DNA from: Clostridia bacterium
Lineage (GTDB): Bacteria > Bacillota > Clostridia > Oscillospirales > QAMX01
Reading direction: 5' to 3'
Assembly (NCBI GenBank): GCA_017414715.1
Contig: JAFQKV010000119.1
Span: 8,968-72,967 of the forward strand
Length of the DNA: 64,000 nt
The notes beneath the pieces are model-generated. The model saw only the letters and a list, made by a program, of their open reading frames with translations, made no database searches and was not told the DNA's origin. Positions 46,703 to 55,585 of this stretch are shown one piece after another. Position 1 is the first letter of the stretch. Each line of letters begins with the position of its first letter. Made by a program: the position numbers and the translations under genes.

Positions 46703-48439
46703 TCAGAAATTGAAATCCATGATCTCTTCCCGCTCACCGTCGGAGATGTGCAGGACCCCGCTGCCGTATTCCGACCAAAGCCAGGGGCTTTCATACAGGT
46801 TTTTATAGGGAAATACCTGCTTCTCGCCCTTTACCCAGCGGTTTTCATAATCCATACGGATGTCGCGGAACTCCACCGTCATGGTCTCCGCATCAAAGCG
46901 GGGGGCTTCGGCCTGCATGGCGGCGGCAAAGGTATCGATGCTGTCACCGAACGCCGAAGTCTTCGCCACGTGGCAGACGACGGCATGCTGCCGTCCGTCG
47001 CTCAGGAGCTCATAGCCTGCCGTCTCGCCCTCGGTAACATAGTGATAACCGTTTGCAAACCAGAGCATGATAAAGATCTTTCCGTGCCGCAGGAAGAGGA
47101 AATTCCCCGCCTCGCGGCGCTCACGGAAGAACTCCAGCGGCACGTCGGCATTGATATAGGGAAATTCCTTCTCGCCTTTGATGTTATACATGCTGATCGC
47201 GGTATCCCGGGTACAGAAATGGGTGCCGCAGTTGCAGAAGCTGTCTCCCGTCCACCTGTTGTGGATCTTATACTCTCCGGGGTCACCGGGATGGTGGGTA
47301 AAGATCTTGGCGCGTCCGTCGCCGGGGAGGGTCAGCTCCCACTCGTGCTGCTGGTGGTGGGCGTACCAGGCACAGATCAGTCCCTTGGGATAGGCATCCT
47401 GATGGGTGATGCTGCCCAGCATATAATCCTCGCAGACATAGATATATTTATCGATGGACAGCCCCTCCACCAGCGCAAGTTCCCGGCGGTTGATGCCGTT
47501 ATCCCAGGCGGTCATGACGTGCAGATGCTTGCGCTCCCGGTTTTCATAGGGGAGCTTGCGGCACTTTGCCACCCGGCAGACCATCTCCGAGGGATAGTAG
47601 GGGGAGGTCAGGGCGGAGGCATGGGTCATAACGGGGGCGGGTCTTCCGCCCTCCGCGCCGAAATAATAGCAATAATAGCCGTACATGGTGCTGTGGTAGA
47701 AATGGGCCTTGCCGTGGGTGACTATGCTGGAGAAGGTGGAATCAAGCACCGCCTCGGGATAGCTGCGGCCGTGGGCACCGCCGTAGATGCCCTCCTTTGA
47801 GTCCACGATCATGTCCAGCAGGACCATATCCAGCATCATGCCCGCCTTTTTGCGCAGGCGATCATTCTTCGTGTAGGTAAAGAGAGTGTTCAAGATGCTC
47901 AGATCCTCGGCACCGTAGCCGAGGGAGTCAAACTCGCCCCAGGCACGGCCGGCACGGTACATGAGAAATTCGTCGATGTATGCTTCATCCTCGGCACGGA
48001 TCTCCTCTGCGGATTTCCCGTACTGCACAAACTGCCGGTCGGTATAGAATTCCGCCGCAAGCAGACGGGCCACTCGCGCCATAATGGCGTGGTTTTCCGA
48101 GCCGTGCATACTGCGGTAATCCCGCTCAAGAAAAAATCGGTCCAGTGCGGCACGGCAGTCCTCGGAAAGGCGGTCATAGCCGTCGCAGAGGATGGGCACC
48201 ATGCCGATGGCGGCAAAATCCGCCTCACCGCGGTGGTTGCGGCCGTTGGGGTGAGGATGCTCAAACCACTCGGCGGTAAATTTCAGTTGGGCCTCCGCCG
48301 CTTCCGTGCGCACGCCCTCCTGCAGGCAGAGCACCGCCGCCGTGGCGTACAGATCCCCCGAAAAGCTCACGCTGCGCAGAACCTCGCGGCCTGCGGCGCG
48401 GCGCAGTTCAAATTCCCGTTTCATTTCCGTCATATCCAT
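46703..48439 (-). CDS. hypothetical cytoplasmic protein (helical N-half plus beta-rich C-half; lyase/hydrolase-like guess)
   Basis: Start set at MDMTEMK (GAGGAG RBS), giving 578 aa. No signal peptide. His/Trp/Tyr-rich. No family recognised with confidence. Confidence 0.5.
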   Translation of the reverse strand: MDMTEMKREFELRRAAGREVLRSVSFSGDLYATAAVLCLQEGVRTEAAEAQLKFTAEWFEHPHPNGRNHRGEADFAAIGMVPILCDGYDRLSEDCRAALDRFFLERDYRSMHGSENHAIMARVARLLAAEFYTDRQFVQYGKSAEEIRAEDEAYIDEFLMYRAGRAWGEFDSLGYGAEDLSILNTLFTYTKNDRLRKKAGMMLDMVLLDMIVDSKEGIYGGAHGRSYPEAVLDSTFSSIVTHGKAHFYHSTMYGYYCYYFGAEGGRPAPVMTHASALTSPYYPSEMVCRVAKCRKLPYENRERKHLHVMTAWDNGINRRELALVEGLSIDKYIYVCEDYMLGSITHQDAYPKGLICAWYAHHQQHEWELTLPGDGRAKIFTHHPGDPGEYKIHNRWTGDSFCNCGTHFCTRDTAISMYNIKGEKEFPYINADVPLEFFRERREAGNFLFLRHGKIFIMLWFANGYHYVTEGETAGYELLSDGRQHAVVCHVAKTSAFGDSIDTFAAAMQAEAPRFDAETMTVEFRDIRMDYENRWVKGEKQVFPYKNLYESPWLWSEYGSGVLHISDGEREEIMDFNF

Positions 48440-48514
48440 GGCTGGTGCTCCTCGCAGATCGTTTTTACTGATTATACCACATATCCTGCCGGATTGCACC
48501 TGCTTTTCCTTTGA

Positions 48515-48549
48515 AAAGGCGCGGTGCTTAACATAAGCACCGCGCCTTT
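48515..48549 (-). terminator. 15-bp hairpin after the SipL-like gene
   Basis: AAAGGCGCGGTGCTT-loop-AAGCACCGCGCCTTT. The U-tract is only moderate. Confidence 0.5.
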
Positions 48550-48555
48550 GCTGCC

Positions 48556-50025
48556 TTATTTTCTCGGGATGATGAGCATCCGGGCTTCCTCCACCCGGTC
48601 GGTGGGCTCCAGTCCGTTTGCGGCAAAGAGCTCACTCAGAGGCGCGGAATAGGTACGGCAGATGTCAAAGTATCGCTCACCGGCCGCCACCCTCCGCAGG
48701 GTTACAGAGGGAATATGTGCTTCGGTGCGCGGCCCTTCCGAGCAGAGCTTTTCCACTACGGGCACCTGCTCCGCGCACAGCTCCGTCCCATGAAGGCGAA
48801 TGCGTCCACGCACCTCCGCACCGGTGGAGGCGGGCACAAAGGTGACCTCCGTCACGGTGACTTCCGGGAAGAGAAGCTCTCCTTCCATCGGAAATTCCGC
48901 TGAAACGCGGTGCGTGACCGGAACGGTGCCCTCACCGCCGTCCGTGAGAAGAATGACGGATATCTCCGCCGTAAGCTTGCCGTCTCCCCGCAGGATACCG
49001 AGAGGCTCTGCCGCCGCGGAGATCACCCGGCCGCCGCACTCCAGCACCTCGCGGAACTCGTGCTCCCGCACAGCATTCTCCCCGGCTCTCCAAAGGCAGC
49101 GGGTCCCCCGCTCCGCAGTCACCGCATCACGGGTGCTGTAGGCATCGGCAATGACCGCCGCGGAACAGGTTCCGAAAACCGCTGCACACACGCTGCCCGA
49201 AACGGTCACGGACCAGATGCGCCCGGCCTCCTCCTCCCGCAGGGAAAGGGCAGCCACGCTCACCGAAATCCGGGCAGTGTCCCCCTCCCCGATGGCGGGA
49301 AACTCCAGGATCTGGGAAAAGGGCATGGAAAAGAGGGCATCCCGTACCCCATCGTCGGCAAGGTACCACAGGCGGTAATCGATAACCGCCTTGACCACCG
49401 CCTTTCCGGGGATGATACGGCAGTCCACATCCCGGGCCGCCGCAGAAATGCCGAGCACTGCCGCAGCCTCCGGTGCCGAGGCTGGGAGCTCAAGCTCCTC
49501 GGCAAAGGAAAACTCCCGCTGGACGATATCCCGGATACAGGCACCGGACACCTCGCGGACATCAAACTCCAGGCCTTCCGTACCGGGCACCACCACCGGA
49601 AGCGCCACCTTTTCCTGCAGGATGGGGCGCACGCAAAGCTCACCGAAAATGCGCACCGAAACCTTACGGGAATTGGGTGCGGTGCACTCCGTCCGCCGCA
49701 GACAGATCTCGGCGGTATACCGGCCGTCGGCACACCCCTCTGCCTGCGCCTGCATCGGAACGGAGAGCCGCAGCACCTCCCGCGTTCCCTCCTCGGAGCG
49801 GTAAAGCACACAAGCCTCCACCGATGCATTTACGCGCACACGGTCACCGTCGGCACTTTTTGTGCACTCCGTCACCGTGCAGACACAGCGCAGAATCTCC
49901 AGTACGTCGGGCAGTGCATCGGGTACGATGCATTCCACCGTGTTCTCCAGCGGCACGCAGACCGCCGTTCCCGGAAAGCAGCAATCAAATTCCGTCTTTT
50001 CCAAAAAAAGTTCCGTCATTGGCAA
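48556..50025 (-). CDS. DUF3794/LysM sporulation protein (SipL-like)
   Basis: 489 aa. Repeated beta-rich DUF3794-like units. C-terminal LysM-like segment VAAGERYFDICRTYSAPLSELFAANGLEPTDRVEEARMLIIP. Confidence 0.6.
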   Translation of the reverse strand: MPMTELFLEKTEFDCCFPGTAVCVPLENTVECIVPDALPDVLEILRCVCTVTECTKSADGDRVRVNASVEACVLYRSEEGTREVLRLSVPMQAQAEGCADGRYTAEICLRRTECTAPNSRKVSVRIFGELCVRPILQEKVALPVVVPGTEGLEFDVREVSGACIRDIVQREFSFAEELELPASAPEAAAVLGISAAARDVDCRIIPGKAVVKAVIDYRLWYLADDGVRDALFSMPFSQILEFPAIGEGDTARISVSVAALSLREEEAGRIWSVTVSGSVCAAVFGTCSAAVIADAYSTRDAVTAERGTRCLWRAGENAVREHEFREVLECGGRVISAAAEPLGILRGDGKLTAEISVILLTDGGEGTVPVTHRVSAEFPMEGELLFPEVTVTEVTFVPASTGAEVRGRIRLHGTELCAEQVPVVEKLCSEGPRTEAHIPSVTLRRVAAGERYFDICRTYSAPLSELFAANGLEPTDRVEEARMLIIPRK

Positions 50026-50152
50026 TCATCTCCTTTTTTTGTACCATGCATATGCGGAACTTCCGCCCCGTATGCGCCGGAATCCATTGCATTTTTGCCG
50101 CCGTGCGGGTATAATGAAAGACAAAGCTGACAGATCAGGAGCGATTCCCACC

Positions 50153-50974
50153 ATGTTTCTTGCCGATTATCATAACCATACCCACCTCTCCCCCGACGGG
50201 TTTGCCCATGCGGACTATATTTCCATGGCGAAGGCCGCTGCCGATGCCGGGCTTTCCGAGCTGTGCATCACCGAGCACTGCGAGTGCAACGGCTTTTATA
50301 TGAGCATTGACAACAACATCGGCTTCACCTATGACAGGGAGACCTGCCGCGCGGAGCTGCTCGAGGCCCGGGAGGCCCTTGGCGACCGCATCGCGCTCCC
50401 CTTCGGCGTGGAGATCGGCCAGGCCACGCAGGTGCCCGAAAAGGCGGAGCTGGTGCTCGACGGCGAGGATTACGATTTTATCATCGGAAGCCTGCACAAC
50501 ATCCGCGGTGAGGTGGATTTCTCCCTCATCAAATACCCCTCCGCCGAGGTATGCCGGGACATGCTTGCCCGCTACGTCCGGGAGCTTTACGAACTTGCCG
50601 AGACCGGCACCTACGATGTCATCGGTCACGTGGACTATCCCCTGCGGTATATGCGCCGGAAGTTCGATGTGGATCTCTGTCCCCACGAGGAGGAGCTGCG
50701 CGCGCTCTTTACGCTTTTGCGGGAGCGCGGCAAGGGCATCGAGATCAACACCAAGGTGCTGCGGGGCGGATCCCCCATATACACCCAACAGGATTACATC
50801 CTCCGTCTCTTCCGGGAGCAGGGCGGCGAGATCCTCACCTTAGGCAGCGATGCCCACAAGCCCGAGGACGTGGGCGCGGGCCTGCGGGAGAGTGCCGAGC
50901 TTGCTCTCTCCCAGGGCCTTGACCGCATCGCCACCTTTCGCCGCCACGAGCCGACCCTCCATTCCCTGCGATAA
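50153..50974 (+). CDS. PHP-family histidinol-phosphatase-like hydrolase
   Basis: Start set at MFLADYHNHTHLSPDG, giving 273 aa. Contains ITEHCE and GSLHNI...GHVDYP, matching the HisJ/PHP motif pattern. Confidence 0.8.
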   Translation: MFLADYHNHTHLSPDGFAHADYISMAKAAADAGLSELCITEHCECNGFYMSIDNNIGFTYDRETCRAELLEAREALGDRIALPFGVEIGQATQVPEKAELVLDGEDYDFIIGSLHNIRGEVDFSLIKYPSAEVCRDMLARYVRELYELAETGTYDVIGHVDYPLRYMRRKFDVDLCPHEEELRALFTLLRERGKGIEINTKVLRGGSPIYTQQDYILRLFREQGGEILTLGSDAHKPEDVGAGLRESAELALSQGLDRIATFRRHEPTLHSLR

Positions 50975-50981
50975 AGCACAA

Positions 50982-51017
50982 CCCCGGCATCCGTTTGAGG
51001 GATGCCGGGGTCTTCTT
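50982..51017 (+). terminator. rho-independent terminator after the PHP gene
   Basis: CCCCGGCATCC-loop-GGATGCCGGGG followed by TCTTCTT. Confidence 0.75.
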
Positions 51018-51858
51018 ATGCTTTTTCGTAGATGCAGATGCGGAAGGCCGCCGTGACGGCAAGCGCCTCCTTTTTCTGCAGCGCCTCCGCCCCTTCCCGG
51101 GGGGAACGCCAGAAATAGGGCGTCATGGCAAAGAGATTTCCAAGGGTTTGTGCCGAAAGCTCCATCCGCCGGGAAACGCACTCCGTGCCGACAAGCCGGA
51201 ATCCGGCGTATTGCACGTCCTTTTCCCCGTTTTCATAGGGCTCCGGGTAAAGGATCTCCTTCATTTCAAAGAGATGCCGTGCCGCCGGCACCACGTAATA
51301 CATCCGTCCGCCGGGGCAAAGGATGCGGGAAAGCTCACCCTCGCAGAGAGGGGAAAAAATGTTGAGCACGGCATCGACGGACCCATCCGCCACCGGCAGA
51401 TGGTAAAGGCTTGCTACAGCAAACTGTCCCGACGGCACTTTTTTTGCCGCCATGCGCACGGCGGTCTTGGCGATATCCACACCTGCAGGCATCACCTCTC
51501 GGCCTGCCGCCGCAAGGGTCTCAACGATGCGCCGGGTATAATGGCCCTCGCCGCAGCCCGCATCAAAAAGCACCGCCGGATCCGGCAGGTGTTCCATAAG
51601 CAGCCGCGTCAGCGCATCGGCAAGAAAATCGTAATTCCCGGAGGCAAGAAAATCCCGCCGGGCGCGCACCATCTCCGGCGGATCGCCGGGGGTCTTGGAG
51701 CGCATCTGCGCCGGGGTCAGCAGATGGACGTAGCCCTCCGCCGCCCGGTCAAAGCTGTGGCCGCGGGGACAGACCCAGCGCTTTTCCTCGCAGGAAAGTC
51801 CCTCACCGCAGACGGGACAAGCGAAAATACCGCTCATTTTCCAAAGGCGGCGGCGCAT
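51016..51858 (-). CDS. rlmA: 23S rRNA (guanine-N1)-methyltransferase RlmA-like
   Basis: 280 aa. N-terminal zinc ribbon CPVCGEGL...CPRGHSFD and SAM motif LFDAGCGEGHY. Confidence 0.8.
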   Translation of the reverse strand: MRRRLWKMSGIFACPVCGEGLSCEEKRWVCPRGHSFDRAAEGYVHLLTPAQMRSKTPGDPPEMVRARRDFLASGNYDFLADALTRLLMEHLPDPAVLFDAGCGEGHYTRRIVETLAAAGREVMPAGVDIAKTAVRMAAKKVPSGQFAVASLYHLPVADGSVDAVLNIFSPLCEGELSRILCPGGRMYYVVPAARHLFEMKEILYPEPYENGEKDVQYAGFRLVGTECVSRRMELSAQTLGNLFAMTPYFWRSPREGAEALQKKEALAVTAAFRICIYEKA

Positions 51859-52835
51859 TCCCGCAGCATTTCACGGATGGGTAAGTTGTAGGGGCAGCGG
51901 CTCTCACACGCGCCGCAGTCCACGCAGGCCGAGGCGGTGGTCCCCATGGCCGCATAGCGGGAGCGGGCCCAGTCCTCCAGCCCGTAACGGGTGAGATAAC
52001 CGTGGAAGAGGAAGGCACCGGGGATGTTGATGCCGGCAGAGCAGGGGGCGCAGTAGCCGCAGCGGCGGCAGAAGCGGGTGCCGAGCTCCCCGACGATGCG
52101 GGCGATCTCCTCCTGCTCCGCTCCGGTAAGGGGTTCGCCTGTCACGGCGGCGTTCTCCGCCACCTCTTTTTCCGTCGCCATGCCGGGGATGATACAGTCC
52201 ACGCTGTCGTTCTGCAGGATAAAGCGCAGGGCAAGGCTTCCCTTCTCGATGGCGCCGCCGGCGAGAGGCTTCATGCAGATAAAGCCGACACCCTTCTCGC
52301 GGCACTCGTCGATGAGGGCAGCCCCCTGCCGCTCCACGATATTGTAGGGAAACATGACCGTCTCAAAGCAGCCCTTGTCCAGCGCCGCCCGGAAGGCCTC
52401 GACCGAATGGAGGGTAACACCGATGTGACCGATCTTTCCTGCCGCCTTTGCCGCAAGAAGGGCCTCCAGCGCACCGCCGGGAGCGCAGACCTCCTCCAGC
52501 TGGGCGAGGTTCGGATTGTGGATCTGATAGAGGTCGATATGATCGGTGCGGAGGCAGCGCAGGCTCTCCTCCACGTCCGCCGCCATGGCCTCTGCCGTGC
52601 GGGCCATGCTCTTGGTGGCAAGGATAAACTTCTCCCGCCGTCCCTGCAGCGCCGCGCCGATGCGCGCCTCGCTGACGGTATAGCCCCGGGCGGTGTCGAT
52701 ATAGTTGATGCCGGCGCTCTCCAGCGCGTCAAAGAGAGGGGCGCAGTCCGCCTCCTCCACACGCTGGATGGGAATGCCGCCAAAGCCGATGCGGGAAATG
52801 CGCAGGCCGGTGCGGCCAAGTTCTCTGTATTCCAT
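51834..52835 (-). CDS. aldo/keto reductase fused to a C-terminal 4Fe-4S ferredoxin-like domain
   Basis: Start set at MEYRELGRTGLRISRIGFGG. Contains IDTARGY. C-terminal Cys clusters CRRCGYCAPC and CVDCGACESRCP. Confidence 0.8.
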   Translation of the reverse strand: MEYRELGRTGLRISRIGFGGIPIQRVEEADCAPLFDALESAGINYIDTARGYTVSEARIGAALQGRREKFILATKSMARTAEAMAADVEESLRCLRTDHIDLYQIHNPNLAQLEEVCAPGGALEALLAAKAAGKIGHIGVTLHSVEAFRAALDKGCFETVMFPYNIVERQGAALIDECREKGVGFICMKPLAGGAIEKGSLALRFILQNDSVDCIIPGMATEKEVAENAAVTGEPLTGAEQEEIARIVGELGTRFCRRCGYCAPCSAGINIPGAFLFHGYLTRYGLEDWARSRYAAMGTTASACVDCGACESRCPYNLPIREMLRECAAAFGK

Positions 52836-52852
52836 AGGTTCTGTTCTCCCTT

Positions 52853-53848
52853 TTAATAATACTTCTGCCGGAAGTCGGCAAGATCCGCATGCCATCGGGC
52901 ATATGCGGCATCCCCCCTCCGGTCGGGGATATCGTAGTTTTCGCGGATGTAGGCGCCCAGCGCCGCCGTCAGCTTCTCCGCACCGGCGGAATTGAGGTGG
53001 GCGGTGTCAAACATTTCCCTCTCGTAATCCAGCCCGAGGCTATCCTCATAGAGGTAGTTGATATAGGGCACCCCAAGCTCCTCTGCCAGTGCATCCACCG
53101 CGTTGTAGGCACGCTGGAACTCTGCATCGCGTACACAGGGGAGGTTGACAAAGAGCACCTCCGCCCCGTGTTTTCTGCACAGCTCTACGGTCTTGCGCAG
53201 GTACAGCTCCGGGATATCGTGCAGCTCACCCGCCACCGAGCGCGCAATAAGCTCCGGCGGCAGGACCTCCTCCTTTTCGGAGAAGCCGGTATAGACCACC
53301 GCGCCGCGGCAGATATCCGCAGGCTGATCGAAATCCTCCGCCCGCACCTCACTCCAGCGGGTGTGGTATTTCACGATGGGGAAGAGATATTCCACCCGGT
53401 CCTTCTTCGGGACCAGCGTGAAAATGGCGGAGAGGCGCACCAGCGGAGAGCGCATATGGTCCAGCTGGGTGTGCACGAAGCTCTCCACTCCGGTATAGAC
53501 GTTTCCGTTTGCCACGGTGGAAACATCCACGACGACCAGGCGGGGAGACTGGTAATTGAGGGCATCCTTGAGTTGAAAATAGCTCTGGGCGATGACCTGC
53601 GCAGAGCCCGCGCAGTCAAAGGCGGCAATGCCGTACTTCTCCCACAGAAGCAGCGGATAGACACCGCACATGATGCGGCTGGAGCCGATGAGCAGCACGT
53701 CGATGCTATCCTCCGGCTCGGCATAGAAGCTCTCCGTGCGGGGCGCGGCGGAGCGATCCACCAGCAGCCGGTCCGCCCCGTACAGCAGCAGACAGAAGAG
53801 CAGGAAAAATGCGGCGATACGCAGTAAAAACCTTGTCTTTTTCATCAT
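52853..53848 (-). CDS. DltD-like / SGNH-fold membrane-anchored acyl-transfer protein
   Basis: 331 aa. N-terminal TM segment FLLRIAAFFLLFCLLLY. SGNH block I-like LLIGSSR and block V-like DTAHLN. Lies directly after the MBOAT gene. Confidence 0.7.
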   Translation of the reverse strand: MMKKTRFLLRIAAFFLLFCLLLYGADRLLVDRSAAPRTESFYAEPEDSIDVLLIGSSRIMCGVYPLLLWEKYGIAAFDCAGSAQVIAQSYFQLKDALNYQSPRLVVVDVSTVANGNVYTGVESFVHTQLDHMRSPLVRLSAIFTLVPKKDRVEYLFPIVKYHTRWSEVRAEDFDQPADICRGAVVYTGFSEKEEVLPPELIARSVAGELHDIPELYLRKTVELCRKHGAEVLFVNLPCVRDAEFQRAYNAVDALAEELGVPYINYLYEDSLGLDYEREMFDTAHLNSAGAEKLTAALGAYIRENYDIPDRRGDAAYARWHADLADFRQKYY

Positions 53849-53857
53849 TCCGCCCTC

Positions 53858-55339
53858 CTAAAACTCAAAATAGATAAAGGAGGCGGCATCATATCCCGGC
53901 CCGTAAACGCCGAAGATGATGACGGAAAAGAGCAGCACCAGCGCAATGCCCCACCGCAGGGGCAGAGCTCTTGCCATGACCTTCTCCCGAAGATCGATAC
54001 CCTTTGCGTGACAGAGGCTGACCGCCAGCCGCAGCAGGAGGGCGGGCACGAGGATATACAAGTCCGTCCGCACAAGCCCCGCCGCCGAGAAGCCATTGCC
54101 GGCAGCAAAGGGGGCGGTAAGGATGCGGGAAAGGATGACTCCCGCCTCCGCAAGGGTGGCGGAGCGGAAAAGCACGTAGCCGAGGCAGACCAGCGCAAAG
54201 GTGCGCACCGTGCGGAAGGCATCCCACAAAGCGTTCTCCTTTTTTGGGCGCAGCCGCGCCATCAGCGGCTCGCAGAACATGGAAAGGATAATGAGCACCC
54301 CGTAATAGATGCCCCAGGCCACATAGGTCAGCCGCGCGCCGTGCCAGAGGCCGGTAAAGAGCCATACGGCGGCAAGGGCCAGCGCCGCAGGCAGATTTTT
54401 TGCCGCGGTCTTGCTAAAGCGGGCTTTGATGGCTTTCCCGAACTTACGGAAAAGCCGGCTGCGCTGCAGGGGGAAGAAGAGATAATCCTTGAACCACGCG
54501 CCGAGGGTCATATGCCAGCGGCGCCAGAATTCCGGCACGGAGCGGGAAAAATAGGGGGTGTCAAAGTTTTCCGCAAGGCGGATTCCGAAAATTTCGGCGG
54601 CACCGAGGGCAATATCCGTATAGCCTGCAAAATCCGCGTAGATCTGCAGAGCATAACACACCACCGCCGCCGCCACTCGCCAGCCAGCAAAGCTCTCCGG
54701 CTCTGCCCAGACACCGGCCACGAGGATGCCCAACCGGTCGGCGATGACGAGCTTCTGGAAAAAGCCCCAGAGAATTCGCCAAAGCCCCCGCAGGAAGCGA
54801 CGCTCCTCAAAGACGTTACCCGCAAAGAGGGCGGACGCAGTGTCCGCATACCGGTCGATGGGGCCCTGCAGAATGTGGGGGAAAAAGCACAGCCAGCCAA
54901 GATACCGCCCGTAGTTTTCCTCCGCCGGGCAGATGCCGCGGTACACGTCCGTGAGATAGCCCACGGCCATGAATACAAAGAAGGACAACCCCGCCGGAAC
55001 GGCAAGGGAAAGGACCGGTGCGCCCGCGCCCAGCAGGCCTCCGGCAAAGAAATTGAAATATTTCAGCAAAAACAGCAGCCCGAGATGCAGCCCGACGCCA
55101 AGCACAAGAGGCAGCCGCCCGCTTTTTCCCGCCGCCTGCTGCCGGGAGATGCTCCGGGCAGCAAGAAAGCCCGCCAGGGATAGCCCGGCAAGCCAGAGCA
55201 GCCCCGGCAAACCCGCCGCGGCATAAAACACAAGGCTTGCGCAGAGAAGCATCCACGGCCGTGCACGGCGGGGCAGCGCAAAATGCGCCGCAAGCACCGC
55301 CGCAAAGAAGCAAAGAAACCGGAAGGTGGTAAAGCTCAC
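53858..55339 (-). CDS. MBOAT-family membrane O-acyltransferase (DltB/AlgI-like)
   Basis: Start set at GTG (VSFTTFRFLCFF), 4 nt after the ACP stop. Signature FWRRWHMTLGAWFKDYLFFPL carries the invariant His. Confidence 0.88.
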   Translation of the reverse strand: MSFTTFRFLCFFAAVLAAHFALPRRARPWMLLCASLVFYAAAGLPGLLWLAGLSLAGFLAARSISRQQAAGKSGRLPLVLGVGLHLGLLFLLKYFNFFAGGLLGAGAPVLSLAVPAGLSFFVFMAVGYLTDVYRGICPAEENYGRYLGWLCFFPHILQGPIDRYADTASALFAGNVFEERRFLRGLWRILWGFFQKLVIADRLGILVAGVWAEPESFAGWRVAAAVVCYALQIYADFAGYTDIALGAAEIFGIRLAENFDTPYFSRSVPEFWRRWHMTLGAWFKDYLFFPLQRSRLFRKFGKAIKARFSKTAAKNLPAALALAAVWLFTGLWHGARLTYVAWGIYYGVLIILSMFCEPLMARLRPKKENALWDAFRTVRTFALVCLGYVLFRSATLAEAGVILSRILTAPFAAGNGFSAAGLVRTDLYILVPALLLRLAVSLCHAKGIDLREKVMARALPLRWGIALVLLFSVIIFGVYGPGYDAASFIYFEF

Positions 55340-55343
55340 GGTC

Positions 55344-55583
55344 TTACAGCTCCCGCAGGATGGCATCCACCATGTCGCCGACGCACTTGAGCCCCACCAC
55401 CGTCTTCATATCAAAAGAGATGTCGAACTCATCCTCCACGGCGGCGATGAGGGTGATGTGGGAAAGAGAATCCCAGTCCTCCACATCGGCGGCGGTGGTG
55501 GCATCCTGCACGGTGAGGTTCTCATCGTCAAAGACCTCGCGGAAGACGGCGTTGAGCCGCTCGTACACTTCGTTTCTGTCCAT
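55344..55583 (-). CDS. acyl carrier protein (DltC-like)
   Basis: 79 aa. Phosphopantetheine site context EDWDSLSHITLI. Confidence 0.85.
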   Translation of the reverse strand: MDRNEVYERLNAVFREVFDDENLTVQDATTAADVEDWDSLSHITLIAAVEDEFDISFDMKTVVGLKCVGDMVDAILREL

Positions 55584-55585
55584 AT

